DNA of 64,000 nucleotides from the human T2T-CHM13v2.0 reference genome, Homo sapiens. The first letter of the stretch is position 1, and each line of letters begins with the position of its first letter. The translations under genes were made by a program, and so were the position numbers. The DNA lies in NCBI RefSeq assembly GCF_009914755.1, contig NC_060943.1; one strand, written 5' to 3'. Positions 28,736 through 44,170 of this stretch are shown here, in pieces. Below the pieces are notes generated by a model. That model was not told where the DNA came from, made no database searches, and worked only from the letters and a program-made list of their open reading frames with translations.

Positions 28736-29706
28736 CTACAGCTTCCATCTGCTTCTTAAAATGAGACTGTGATTCCTGGTACAGCAAAGGACTCCTACCC
28801 AGGAGTCCTACAAGGGCACCCAAAGGCCTCCCTGGGGTCCTGAGACCTGTGGGTTAAGCTTCTCTGGTGGGAATAGGGGTGGCAGTAGAGGGCTGTCCCA
28901 CCCCAGAAGCCCTGTCCACCCTCCTCCCTAGATGCTCATTGCCAGGGCCTCACCAAGCAAGCTGGAGCAAACACCAGGGCAAATGGCCAGAGCCCCTGCT
29001 TCCCACAGAGGTGAGCAGCAGGAGAACTATGGCTTCTACCTGGGAGTCTCAGTGGGCTTCAGGGAGGGGCTTCATAAAACCTTCTTTGTTCAGGGGAACG
29101 CTTCCAGCCATATTTTGAGCTCCCACTTCCTGCAGCCACACGATTTCAAGGAATAAGTACTTTCATCTTCACGCCACCTCCATGTGGTAAATGCTATTAA
29201 TTACCCTCCTTTGACAGATGGGGAAACTGAGCCATGCCCAGGATCACTCAGCCACCTGGCTCTTCTTCCTCTATCTCCTTTTGCTCTCAGGATGGCACTT
29301 AAGGTGGGTTCTATTAGTATTCCCATTTACAGACAAGGAAATGGAAGCTCAAACTTTCCCAAGTCCCTCGAAGTCAGGAAAAGAGATTCGAACATAGGTG
29401 TGCTTGAACCCAAAGCTGTGATCTGAGCCACCGAGTTACCCCCATCTCTCTCCTACTGAGCCGTAACACTGATCAGCAGAAACACCCACAGTCATCAACA
29501 CCAAGAACCACTGGTTTGGCCCGAAAGCCACAGGATGCATGGAGGGTGAGAACAAAGCAGTCAGATTCTAACCTCTGGGTGGGCAGAGTGGAGAAGGGCA
29601 GCAACACACCCAGGGTGAGGCCAGAGACGAGGATGGGAAAGCAGAGACTTCTGTGAGAAACCAGAAGGTGCATCAATAAGCAAAACTCTAAGGCCGTGGT
29701 CCTTAC

Positions 29707-29767
29707 CTCTTGGGCAGACGCAGCGAAGCTAATACATTCAGGCCACCAACCCGGTCCAGTCGAGAAC
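29707..29767 (-). other. POU2F2: 61-nt internal cassette exon of distal POU2F2 transcripts
   Basis: Reverse complement TGCATTCTCCTCTCTCTCCAG|GTTCTC...CCAAGAG|GTAAGG with strong acceptor and donor; agrees with a recalled upstream 5'UTR exon. Confidence 0.75.
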
Positions 29768-31224
29768 CTGGAGAGAGAGGAGAATGCAGTCAACATCCCG
29801 GAGAATTCCCCATCCTCATGCAGGATGATGCACTCCTCCAGTGGAGGAACCCTCCTCCTGTCACATCATCAGGAGCTGCAGTTGGCTAACTGTGGAGTCA
29901 GGTGCCTGGAACTCAGGTCCAGTCAGCCACTTGTTGCCTTCAGTAGTCACTTCTGGCCTCTGAGCCTCTGTGTCCCCAACTCATAAATGGGCATACTAGT
30001 GCCTGCCACTGTGGAACATCTGTTTTTCCCATCAGACTGGAAGCTTCTTAAAGTGCAGGGACTGTAACTGTGTCTTGAAGCTTTTGTGTTTGGCAGAGGG
30101 CCTGGCAAATTTGAGATGCTCAATTAGTGCATAACGGACGACGGAGTGAATGGATGGGTGGATGGAGGAATTAACTGATTAAATGGTGTATCTCAAAGGA
30201 CTGCTACGAGGAACAAATGAGAAAGAAATTTGAAAAGGTTACTCATTATTAAGTTCCTATGTGCTCTGGGGAGATTAAAAATAAAAGTCATAATGATATT
30301 TCTGACTTGTACATTTGTCCATTCATTTGTGCATTTAGTTCATCAACAAATATTGAGATTTCTCTGGCTCTGAATCAAGTGTGGCAGGGGACAGAGATGA
30401 ATTAGACAAGGTCTCTGCTCTATTACGGGGCTCACAGGCAAGTTGAGGAGACAGAAGGAAGAGCCAATGCCAACATGCTGGGGTAAGCAGAGGGTGCTGC
30501 GGGCATCCTGGGTGAGATCACAGAAGACTTAGGGAGGAAACAACACCCAAGCCAAACCTGGAAGACAAATTTTAATCAGAGAAAGAACCAGGTGCAAGGA
30601 ACGAGAGAATGCCAGGACTTTGCCTGTCCAGGGTTCAGTAAGAAAAATGGGGAAAGACGAGGCTTCCAGATTGCAGGGGCTGCTCCCTGCAGGGCGTCAA
30701 GTGCCTGGTCCAAGCAGCCAGGGCTTCGTCAGAGAGGGAGAGGGATACAATCCAGTTTGCCTTTGGAAAGGTCCTTCTACCTCCTGTGTACAAGATGGAG
30801 AGAACAGAGAAGTAGGCAAGAGGTCAGGAGGCCCATCCCCAAAGAGGGTTTGCTGAGCCTCTCCACAGCCCTGTAGGAAGGAGGAGTGAGGAATTAAGGG
30901 AGGCACCAGAGTTCAAAAGGAGGAGGAGGAGAAAGAAAAAGATGGACTGAGAAGGAGGGGGAGAGAGAAAGAGAAGAGATGGGGAGAAATAGACAGAGAG
31001 GAATGAAGGGAGCGGGGGCAAAGAGACCAGGGAAAAGCCCAAACAAGAAGCAAAAGGGGGGTAAAAAGGGCCAAGGGTCTCCCCACTTCCTCCTCCATCT
31101 GTCCTGTCTCTCCCTGGGCCTTCATCTTCAGGGGCAGAAGGGGACCAGAACCCCTGGTCCCTGAGGGGAGGGAGGAGCTGGGGTTGCTCCCCGCTCAGGG
31201 GCTGCTTCCCCCCAGCCCCCGCCC

Positions 31225-31440
31225 TGGAGCTAATCAGCGGCTGTCATCTCCACAGTGAGGTCTTGGTTAAGGAGATTTAGGGCCGGGATCAATAGGAAAT
31301 TTAAAAATCGATGCAGCGCGCAGGGCAAAATCGATGGCGTTTAATCGCCTTGCCGATTCCCAGTCAAAACAATTAGCCGCGCTGAGTGTTGAACACGGTG
31401 GCGACACGGCATTAACCGTCAATATTGGTGTAAGTGATGG
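31225..31440. promoter_or_regulatory. Candidate conserved enhancer with an ONECUT/CUX motif cluster
   Basis: ATCAAT 31288-31293, AAAAATCGAT (core 31307-31312), AAAATCGAT (core 31330-31335), plus TAAT, TGTCA and locally elevated CpG. Confidence 0.65.
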
Positions 31441-33467
31441 GGTGGGCGAGGGAATCCCCAGGCCTCGGGGGGGCCAGAGTCAGACAGCGCCTTAGGGCTG
31501 GGGTCTTCCCCCAGGCAGTGCCCCCACCTTGGGCTTCCCTCCAGCAGGGCCCACACTTGAGTCTCCCTGCCCTCTGCTACCTGGGGCTGTGGTGCCCATA
31601 GGCAGCACCATCCCTGGCATATCTGCTTCCAACTCTCATCCCATCTCCCGGGTTCCCAAACCCCAATATGCCCTCCGACAGAGGGGAGAGGATCCCTCTC
31701 CCAAGCAGACAACACCTCCAAGTAGAGAGACAGTCCATGGGATCTAGGAGCTGTATTCCCAGCAGTGCCTTAAGACTGGGAGCTATTTAGAAGATGTCTT
31801 CCCCCATTGTACAGATGGGGACCCTGAGGAACAGAGAGGGGCAGCAGCTGGCCCACAGTTACCAGGCACAGGAAGAGTGGGAGCCAGAATTTGAACCTGA
31901 TGTGTCTGACTCCAAAGCCTACATTTCCTGCAGCTGTGCACATAAAGGGTAGATTCCAGTGTTCACAGAGGGAAAGCAAGCTCAGGGTTTGGTCCTGGCC
32001 CCTCAAGTCTCCTCACAGCCAGTGTATATAATGGTTTGCTGTGTCCTGGGGTCAGTTTGCCATGTACATGGCAGACTGTGAGCTCCTTGAGGGCAAGGCA
32101 GGGCCTGGCTCCTTTGGGGGTCCGAAGCATTGCCCAGCACAGGGAATGACCCCAAGCCAGGGCTTGGGACAGGCCTAAGAATGATGACGCCACTTGCCCC
32201 CACAGACACAGAATGCCCACATACAACCCCACCGATAGACAGATGGAAACACTGGCACCCACAGACACATCAGTACTGGCATTTCCTGAGTGCTGGTCAT
32301 GCACCAGGGGTGGGTCATTGCTCTGCAGGTGTGATCTCTCAGCATCTCACATTTGTTCGGCGAGTGTCATCCCATGACACTGCTGTGGAAAATGGAGGCT
32401 CAGACAGGTAAAGTCACTTGCTCAAGGTCACACAGCCAAGTGGGGGCACCTCTATCTGATTGGACTCCGAGGGGCATGGGACATACAGCAAACAAGATCT
32501 AACGACTATGAGCAAGAGAGGTGGATGCAAGGAGAAGGTACAGGAACTGGGCACCTAAACAGAGAACCAGGAATGGCCCACAAAGGGCCATGGGGCTCCC
32601 GGTTCTGGGGTGCTGTGTTGGGAGAGAGAGGCTTCTGTGGCCACCTGCTCCCTGGAGCAGAAGAACAGGAGGGAGTGTGTGGGCAGAGGAGGAGGCCCAC
32701 GAGATGAGCCAGGGATTGATCTGACAAGGTCCTAATCAAATGGTCAATATCACTGACCTGACCACTTAACCTATTGATAAGCTGGCAAGGATGGAGCAGG
32801 CGGTGAGTGGGCTCAGGGAGGGGGGCAGCGGAAGGGATGAGGGAAGCCTGAGTGGGCAGGACATAGGCCGGCATCACGCCTGGCTCTGGGGCCTGGAAGA
32901 GGGTGGTCTCCTCCTCAAGGGCCCCTGCTGACACGGCACATGTCTTATGTCTTGGTGGCTTCCTCTACCCAGGCTTTTCTCTCCTCTCGGGATCCCTCAG
33001 TCCCTCCCTGAGGGAGGCCAGGGACTGTTGCTGGCACCCAAGTGGTCCCCGGCTCCCCTCTGACTGTGCCTTAGCTTTTCACACATGTGAGAGGCTTCAC
33101 ATCCAAGCCTCAATGTCTTCATTTGTAAACTGGGGATAATTATAATAGGGGAAATCAAAAACCAACCTAGATATCATATGAGTGGGGACTGGTACAATAA
33201 ATGATAGTATAGTGGCCATACAAAGAAGGACTGTAGAGTTGTTGAAAACATGTTTGAAATAAATTTTTTTTTACACTTCTCTCAGCTCATACCATGAAAT
33301 AAAATCATTGACAACGAAACCATGTTCATAATCTGTTGTTAGGAAGAAGAAAAGGCAAGTTATAAACAAGTATGTAGCATATCATCCCGTTTTTACAAAA
33401 TACACATCCAGATGGTTCCCCCACCAAAAATAAATAAATTTGGAACAGAAATCAGAATTCTGAGTTT

Positions 33468-34343
<876 letters not shown>

Positions 34344-36262
34344 GACAGATAGCAAAAGGTAATGTCCTTTTTGTTGTTCGTTTAACTAGATTATCATGGT
34401 CATTTTCTTCTCATCTCATTGAATTTCTGTTTTCTGTTATTTCTACAATGAACATGTGTCACACCATTTGTCTGTAATTGACAGACTGTGGCTAGGTACT
34501 TAGTGGAGGCACCTCTAGTGCTGTTTCTCTGCTTCCCTCTCCCTTTCCCAGCCAGGCTTGTCTTATGTCTTCCCTTATGTCCAAACCCAGCAGAGTTCAG
34601 TGCCCTCAAGAATGTGAATGAATTTGAAGTCTGCTGAATGGAGAAGAGCTCACTCCTCTGGCTTCTGCTCTCAATAGAGTGGGCGGGGTAGTACCAAGCC
34701 AAATACAGTCCCCTGTCCCCTCTTCAGGAAACTGGCTGAGGGCTTACAGACAGGAGGAACTGCTGGAGGGAAAACGAAGACCCAGAGGGAGGGAAGGGAT
34801 TTTCCCAGAGCTACTCAACTGGTCATGACACAGCTGGGACCAGAAGCTGGGGATCTGGGCTCCTGGATCAGAGTAGTGCCATCCAACTACTGGGAGGGGG
34901 ACAACTGCAAGAACAAGTGTGCATGCAGACTCCTGAGATAATGTGCACTTCTGTGGGGCAGAAGAGCACAGTGGGTAAACATGGGGTCGGCCACTTCCTC
35001 ACTGTGTGGCCCTGGGCAAGTCACTTCACCTCTCTGAGCCTCAGTTTGCTCAAACATAGCATGAAGATAATAATAACAGCTGCCTCATTTTGCTGGTGTG
35101 AGAAGCCAACAAGACCGTGCTTATAGGGAACTTAGCAAAAGGCCTTACACACAAAAAAGGGGCAATGAGTGGGAGAAATTAATACTATTACCATCAGCAG
35201 CCATAAATGCTGTGAGTAGTAAGTGAAGGTGGTGGGTAGGTAAGGGAGAAGGTTTGTCTTGGTAACCTGAGCAAATGAACAAATGCAATGAAGACACTCA
35301 GCTAAATATATTCCTTTGTTCATTCATTCATTCATTCAGTAAGCATTTCCTGAGGCCAATTCTAGGCCAGATCCCATGCTGGGCCCTGCAATCCAGATAT
35401 GAACAATGAGAGCTCCCATTAGGTTGGTAAAGGGGAATTAAGGATGGCTGGGGATGGCCCCTTATCTCTGACAGTTGCTGCCGCAATGGCCCCCAAACTA
35501 TCTCTTGGGCCTTCTGCAGAAAAGGATCGAGCACAGGAGCACAAGCTCCCCATCACCTGACTGGTGTGACACTTTGGGTATGTGTGTGCACACACTGGAA
35601 TAGTAAGCTCTGTGCAGATGGACTATGTTCACTTTTGTCATTCACAGCACTGGGCACCAGGTCTCATGCTCTGGGGACACTCTATGCTCAGAGTTTTTTT
35701 TTTTCCTCCGTTTTTTAAAATGAACAACAAAAAAAAGTTCAAAGCACCTTGCACAATGCCTAACACCTGGCAGGTACTCAATAAATAGCAGCTATTATTA
35801 GCGTCATCATCACACGTGCCACTGCTCTTCATCCCAACAAAAACCTTATTTTGCCAACAAGGAAACTCGAGGCTTAAAAGGAGTGATGTGACTCAAAGCC
35901 GGGTGTGTCTGACTCCACAGTCTGTGGTCTCCCCTCCTTTGTGTCTGGGGGCAGGGGCCATCAGAGTGTATGCTGGAGGTGAAGGAGGGGAAGGGCAGCA
36001 GTGTGCGTCAGGGGGTGAGCAGATCTGACAATGGGAGTAAGGAGGAGTTGATTGGAGTGAGGGGAGGGTCGTGAGGGAGATGAGGGTGCAGGATGGGAGC
36101 ATACAGGCCCAGGATGATGATGGTTTTGGAGTCTGGCTGCTCTGAGGCTCAGGTAGGAGGTGGACTCACTTGCCAATGTACCCCTCCAGCACTGGTAAGT
36201 GCTCACCCTGAAGGTGAGCTCTGCCACCCTTGTCTGACACAGCAGACGTCTACCTCCACCAT

Positions 36263-36322
36263 TATATTGGGCAAGCAGGTGATATATTGGGCAAGTAGGT
36301 GATATATTGGGCAAGTAGGTGA
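36263..36322. repeat. 20-bp tandem repeat x3
   Basis: TATATTGGGCAAG(C/T)AGGTGA three times. Confidence 0.92.
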
Positions 36323-36492
36323 CAGGGGATCCGGCTTCAGTTCATTTGACAAAACATTCAATGAGCACTTATCGTGTTCTGGGCACTGTGCTACACACTA
36401 GGGATACAACTATGAACAACACAAAGTCCCTGCCATCGTGGAATCCACCTTCTAGTGGAGGAAGAGATATGATACACAAGAAAATATATTTA

Positions 36493-36861
<369 letters not shown>

Positions 36862-39800
36862 TTAAACATAAAGGAAAAGCCTATCAGAGAAGGTAGATTT
36901 TGACAGCTTTCCTGGCAAAGGAAACAGCAAGTGCAAAGGCCCTGGGTCAGGAACAAGGTTTAAGGAACAGCAAGAAGGCCAGAATGGCTTGAGCTTCCAG
37001 AGCCAGGAGGGAGGGAGTAAAAGTTGAATAGACAGACAGGCGCTAGCTCATACAGGGTTTGCAAGCCAAGAAAGATGTTCTAAGTGTGATGGGAGAAATG
37101 ACAGGCTCTCTCTGTGGCAGGTGAGGGTTGGTCTCACCCTCACAAAACCAGGCTCCAGCCTCACCCATTGCCCATATTGCCTATGGGGCCTTCTGACCCA
37201 TTCATTCTCCAAGAACAAGCCCAAGAAGCCCTCAGTAAGCCCTCGGAGTCCCTTGACAGGGCTTTGTCAGGGTCAACCTCCCCAGACTGAGGACTACTCT
37301 AGAACATGGAAAGATCTGCCTCATCTGGGTGACTGGGCATGCAGCTCAGGCCTGGCCACAGGAGGCTCAGAAATCAATAGAACGTCAGTAGAAAGTAAGG
37401 GTGACTATAGCTCCTGACCTCCATTCCCTAGCAAATCTCCATTTGGGGGCAAGTCGTAGCAGTGGCCAAGATATGGGGCTGGGAGCAAGGGGAAGGTAGT
37501 TCTGTACCACCTCCCTCACCAGACCTTGGCCAGGGTTCCCAGACTGGACAGGTAGAGCAGAAGTCCTTGTGACTGGTGGCCTGCTCACTGGATCCCTTCC
37601 TCCAGGGGCTACCCATCCTGTCCTGTCCCCACACGAGGCTCAGAGAGATCAGACTTGGTACCTGGCTCACATGCTCTGTCTAGTCCCTCTCAAAACTGTT
37701 TTGTGGTTATGTGGTGCGCCCTGAATAAATCCCAAGCCTCACAGTGCTTCCCAGTCATGTAAAGTCTCCTCTCAGTCCTCCTGAAGGTCCCGTGACCCTG
37801 GGCCTCACATGATTGCTGGGAACAGTCTAGGCTTGTTCACATGTCCATGCCCTTGCCCAGGCAAGCATCTCCATTTAGACAGTCTTCTGCCTTCTTCTCT
37901 GCACCTTATCACCCTCTCCATGTCTCCTCCTTGGTGAATCTTCCTGGGCTCCCCACTCAGCACTGCCCCAGAATGCTTTGTGCACCTCATCCAGAGCCCA
38001 GAATCTGGGCCCCAGGTGAAAGGATCCCATTTCCCACCTAGGGACATGCCAGAGGAGTTTTCTAGAGGGAAAAGTGCGGCATAGTGGGGTAAGGGTAGGG
38101 GCATCTGAGTGCTGCATTATTTATGCCTGTGTGGGCTCTGTGAGTTTCAGGAGGGATATGTGTACACATTTAGAATCTGTGTGTTGTGCCTGATGTCAAG
38201 CTTAAATGTCACTTCCTCAGAGATGTTACACCTAGCCTACCAATCTAAACCAGGTTCTTCCGTGATGCCCTCCTGTAGCCCCTTTTTCCTCTCCTTACCA
38301 GGTGTATTTATAACTAACTATACACTGAGGTCTGATCAGTGCCAGTCCTGTTGGCTTGGAGCTCTTAGAGAGCAAGGCCCAGGTCTGTCTCGTAAACCAC
38401 TGTTTCCTCAGCTTCTAAGACAGGGCCTGACTCCTATAGAGGCTCAGTACCTATGTGATGAGTTAATTAATTCTATACACATTTTCACACTTGAACATCT
38501 ACCTATTTTGTTTTGCTTTAGGGGGATGAGGCTAGCCTGGGGGGTGTTTGTGTGCTATAACTCAGGGCATGGCCCTTTCGGTCACCACGTGTGGCCTCCC
38601 TGTGGGATTTCTGAATGTGGCCTGTGTGCACCCACAGGCATATAGGCTGGGATGCTGCCATGTTTTAGTATTTCTATTCGTACATTTTCTATTGAAAAAC
38701 AAATCTCCACACGAGGAGCACCCTGGTGTTTTGGTGTCTGTCTTGCCCTGAGAGGTCTCAGCACCTATGTGCCTGCACAGACATCTGGGTTTTCATACCT
38801 GTGTCTGAGTATGTGTTTACCCCTGTTTCCAAACCTGGTGTGTCCATTTTGGCATCTCTGTGGACAAATATACAAACGTCTATGTGCATCTGCAGGGTTT
38901 AGCATCTATGAATTTTCTTAGGGAATCTCTGACCAAAAGTATGGGTATCTGGCTCCCAGGACCCAAGGGTGCACATGGCTACCATGTGTTTCAGAATCTG
39001 TGTATGTCTCTTGCAGGATCATTGCATGTGTCTGCATGCTTATGTATTTCAGTATTTGCCTTGTGCATCCGTTCAAGACTTACGTGGCCTCTCTAGTTTG
39101 GCGAATGAGTGCGCGCACACGTGTGTGTGTGCGTGTGTGTGTGTGTCGGGGTGATATAAACACATGTGCGTGTGTACCTGTGTGTCTTTCTTCCCCTCGC
39201 TGCTGCGCCTTCCCAGTCTGGATGAGTACCTTTTCTCTGTCTCTCTCTCTCTCACACACACACCCTTGCTCATATGTGCCTTGCAGATGGGGAGGGGGCC
39301 GGGGTGTCAGCGAGCTCCTGTGTCACAAGGTTAATTTCTCCACAGCCAGGCAGGCTGGGCCCTGAGGGGAGTGGTGGGGGAGGGGCTGGTCCCCACAGCC
39401 CCTCTGATAAATATGTATTTGGGGCTGCTGTGCTCAAAGGTCATGGGGGGAAAAGGAGGAGGAGGGGTGGTCTGCACTGTGCTGTGCTGCTGGGTCCCAG
39501 CCAGGCTCAGCATGGGTTGTGTGACCCCCCTCCAGAGGTCTGATGAGATTCAGGGAGATGCCCCCCTCATCCTGGTCTGGCCCACTCCACCCACATCCAT
39601 GCTCCGAGGGAGATGCTGCTGTGGACACACAGATATTCAAACTCTGAAACAGGCAATCACACAAGCCCACACCCGCCGACACCTAGACAGAGGCTCAAAC
39701 AGATGCACAAAGACGGCCTCATGGGCCACCAGATACATGGAAGGCTCAGAGTGCAGAGCCAGACCCATCGCTTCTTCCCCACCCCAACCTTCAACCCAAC

Positions 39801-40804
39801 GCCAAAAAAAAAAAAAAAATGCTCAAGAGTGCATAGTGTCTCACAGTAAGAAAGCTTTCTACACATTCAATAGACGCAAACACACACACGGACCCAAAAA
39901 TGCAGAGTCCAACAAGAAAGGTCCCTGAACACTTTGTGGGTGGGCATGTACACATAGACGCACAAGCAAACACATACACAAAGGCACATACATAGATGCA
40001 CACCAGGAGTCCCAAAGATACAAAGTTCTACGAAGGTAGGCACATGCTGACAACTGCAGATAAATGTATGAACACACATGCACACAAACATGCACACATA
40101 CAAAGACCCCAAGACACACACGGCAGGCAGGATGCATGGTGGATCCAGGCTGGGAAACCCACCCTGCTGCAACAGAGCCGGATCTGGCCCTTTCCCCGCT
40201 GAGGCGAGAATGGCTGCCTGGTCTCTGGTCATGGGCCCCCAGCCAGCTTCAGCCAAATGCGCCATCATTTGTCCAGCTCTGAGTCACATCAGTTGTCGAG
40301 CCTCCCCTCCTCGCTGACCAGCCATCTCGGCCATCAGCGGCCTCGGCCATTAGTCGGCTCCTGCCTCTGGCCTGCATTTGTTGAATCTCCCTTACCTGGC
40401 AGAACCGTCCGGACCAATGGAACCCTTTTGGAGTCGGCCTGACCTTTTCCTCAAGGGATTCCGATGTACCCTGTTGTATGACCCTCGGCCCATGCCTCAG
40501 GGCGACCCTCCCCTCAGCACACTGCTCAGGCTGTCATTCTTCAATGACCGCTGGCCACAGTAGTTCTGGTGGATTGTGAGGCTGTGTGTTTGAGTATGTG
40601 TGGAAGTCCGCTTGTAGGTATATGTGTATGGGTGGTGGGATGGCTATAGCTGTGCTTTAAGTCAAAATGAGTGTGTGTGTGTATGCGTGTGTGTCTGTGT
40701 CTGTGTGTGAATAAGGGGATAGGAAGTCAGCAGCTGTGCTTAAAGTCAGAGTGCCTGAGTATATGGTTGTATATATGGGGAGATGGAATGTCAGGGGCTG
40801 CGCT

Positions 40805-40807
<3 letters not shown>

Positions 40808-40845
<38 letters not shown>
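40808..40845. repeat. (GT)n microsatellite
   Basis: Perfect GT run. Confidence 0.95.
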
Positions 40846-40846
<1 letters not shown>

Positions 40847-43800
40847 ACTTTAATGCAGGAGTGACTTGGTGTATTGGCCTGGGCTTGGCGTGGGGGGCCA
40901 TGAGGGGCCGTGTCTGTTTTGGGCATGGGGGGCAGTGCGGTACAGGCATCTGTTTCTCAAGCAGTTGTGAGCAAGTGGAATGTGCCTCTCTCAGACTCCG
41001 TTGCTTGTGTTTGTGAAAGTGACAGATGCTGCCTCCCTGGCCTCACTGCGGCGGATTAAGTCTGTGAATGCCACATGAGTCTGCACCCCGGGTGGGGGAG
41101 GGTCCCCAGTCTGCTCTTATACTTGCGTGTGTGGGCCACAGCCCTATACTTTATAGGATCCTGAGAGTGTGGACTAAAGTAACCCCCAACCTTGTTGGTT
41201 TCTGTGAGGGAGACCCTGAATGGATGCCAGAATAAAGGTCCCTGTGTGTGTGTGCACAAGCACACTCATGCTCATAGACAAGTCCGTATTGTCCAAAGTA
41301 CGTTGTCACGAGATGCATGTGTATATGTGTATGTGTGTGTGATTGCAGGCATAATAGCTCCCCGCTGCCAGCCAGATCAAGTTCCAACTTCTCAGAGCAG
41401 CAGCTGAGCCTCCACAGACAGGGCCTTGCAACATTGTGCCAACCTCTACTCTTAGACTACACCTCCAACCTGGGCTGCTTTCTCCTCACTTTCCTCTGCC
41501 ATCTTTATGCCCTGCCACCAGTCTGCTTTTCTCAGTATCTGAGCATCCTTAAAGACTCACCTCCCTGTCTAAACCCACACCATCTTCATTCCCCAGATTC
41601 CTAATGACCTGGAAACTCCCTTTGTGCTCACAGTCCAGGCGCCCAGAATCCTGTCTAAGGCTGGGATTGGTTCTGCTTCAGAGTCTAGGCCTTTGTTGGC
41701 CCACGGTCAGTGCCTAGCGATCATTTTCAGGTTAAGGAGTGATCATACCACCATTGCCCGATTACCTCAGGGAACTCACTGGACTTTATTTGTTCAGTGA
41801 TTCACACCACTCAATAAATACCTATTGAATGCAGGGACCTTGCATGTGGAGCCACCACCTTCAGCCTCCTTCCGAATGCGTCAGAGCTGGGAAAGCTGCC
41901 TGTCCCGAGGATCTAATGAAGTTGGGGTGGTGATCGAGTGAGGGAAAATGCACCTGCCTCCCAAGGCCACCATGTGGATCTGAAAAGGTGACACAGGGCT
42001 CACCAAAAGGGGTAGGGGGGACCATAAGCTCATGCAAACCCCTGTGTTTGAACAGGCCCAGCCCCAAACCATCACTGATGGAACGAGCTCAACCATGCTC
42101 ATTTGCTGGCTCTCCCTTCAGGATATAAAGCGAGACCCACATCCTTAGAGCCCTCACTGAACCACATAAGGCATCCATCCACCCGACAGGTCCTGGGAGA
42201 CAGGTCTGTGGATGGACATCTCAGGGGGCAGGGAGGAAGTGGGGGAAGAGACAGAGCCAGTGAAAGGAAATGGCGCTGGGACAGCTAATGGGATAGGACA
42301 GACCTATAAGGACAGACAAGGCTCGGTATGAGGAGGACCTTGGTTCTAGCGCCAGCATGGTTGCTGACAGGCTGAGCAAATGATGTGGGCCTCAGAATTC
42401 TCATCTGTGAGAGGGACACCACTGGGGCTGCTGTGAGAGCGAGGTGGGTGTAAGGGACATCATGGTCATTATTATTATTAGATCAAGAGGTGTTGAGCCC
42501 AAGGGAAAAATGATGAGTGAAATATATTTAGAAGGAGGAATAGACATCCATCTGAGGAGGCCTTACACCCACTCTGTCTTCTAACAACTCTTCACACTTG
42601 GGTTTCTCAACCATCTCCATCCTGAAATATCTTGGAAATTAACCAGCACATGCCAGAGATGGAAACTTCTCCCTTGCCATCATCGATGTCCAAGTAGCCC
42701 CTGGTGTGGCCATCTGTCCCTGCTCCCCTCGTTGCAAGTCATGCCTCTACACATTATGATTATGCACCAGGGCTATGAAAAGCTCTACCCAGTGGGGTGC
42801 TAAGGTTGGGGCCCTTGCTTTGCTGTCACATTGGTGGAGGAAGAAGTTCTGGCTTATAGGCCCTGCATACAAGAAGGGAGTGTATATGAACCAGAATGGA
42901 GGTGGCCTGGAGTGGCCACTGACGGACTTGCTAGAAAAAAAAAAAAAAAACACCTGGCCAGCATGCTGTCTAGGACGTATAGGCTAACAACCTCTACACA
43001 CACAGCATGGGTATAGGTGTGTGCATACACACACACTGTGGCTGAGTTCTTTCCCTACTACAGCCCTGACACAGACACCTTCCATTTTCCCTGCAAAGAC
43101 TAGCAGAGGGAAGTGAGCGCAACCAAGACCCCCAAAGATGACACTGCAACCTGCCACAGAGTTCACCAGCACATGCCAGCACAGCCTCAGGGAAATGGGG
43201 GTCTGGACCTCTCCAACGGCAAGGATGGGCCTCTGTCCAGCATTACCCATAAATCAGGAAGTAGATGTGGAATCGCATTATCAGCAACTGGAGATGCTGC
43301 CTATGGCCCTGATCGGCTTTACTCCTGGCCTGCCTGTCACCCCCTGACATGGGACGCTTTGTTACTACAGAAGGTCCAGGGAAGCTTTTCATGGGCTGAT
43401 AGACTGTGGGGAGAGGGGATCTTTTCTTGTTTTGTTTTCTTGAACCCAGCTTCAAGGCTGCTGTGCAAGCATGCCGTCAAACTCAGCCATACGCCCGCGA
43501 CCTCTGTGCACTCACACATCTCTCATCACTCTACCCAGACCCTGCTTCACAAACCCACCCTCCCTCTTACCCAGGACACGCAGAGACCCCGAGCAATAAC
43601 AATAATAATATCTCCATGCAGAAATGGTACTTTCACATATGTGACTTTTTTTGATGTGCACCCTTGTGTGCACACACTATGTTCAGACCTAGTACCCATA
43701 CACAGAGCCTTCACTCCAAACACGCTGCACATACAAAGTGTCACGTGTCCACTGCTGAAGCCAGACTCGGCACATGGGCCTGCACACGCGTGGACGGCTT

Positions 43801-44091
43801 CCACGCACAGAGCCAAAGAGGGCCTCCTGAATGCACACATAGCGAGTGATACATAAACATCAGGACGAGGGAGAGATCAGTACAAATATGCACTGACTCC
43901 CTTCTGCACATATGTCACCCATGATGGGGACCCCCAGTACCCAACCCCCCACTGAAAACACATGTCACGATTCTACACCTTTGGCTCCTCACTCTGCCAA
44001 GGCTTCGAGGCCCAGCACACACAGTTAGTCCTTCCTGAACACATCTCACCACACATGCAGGCCTTATACACATGCATGCTGCCGTCATGGT

Positions 44092-44170
44092 CTGACTCTG
44101 TACCCACCAGCCCCCCACTGCACACTGACTCTGTACCCACCAGCCCCCCACTGCACACTGACTCTGTACC
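44092..44170. repeat. 33-bp tandem repeat, ~2.4 copies
   Basis: CTGACTCTGTACCCACCAGCCCCCCACTGCACA starting at 44092, 44125 and 44158 (partial). Confidence 0.92.

Noticed and set aside
31478-31492. GACAGCGCC REST half-site
   Set aside because: The left half TTCAGCACC is absent.
36263-36322. Short direct repeats (also 44092-44170 and 48990-49870) considered as a CRISPR-like array
   Set aside because: Units are head-to-tail with no unique spacers, there are no cas genes, and the DNA is human.
40385-40500. Strong minus-strand donor CAG|GTAAGG near 40396 in a CpG patch
   Set aside because: There is no convincing upstream acceptor, and the phase-1 frame hits a TGA with no ATG, so it is not supportable as an exon.
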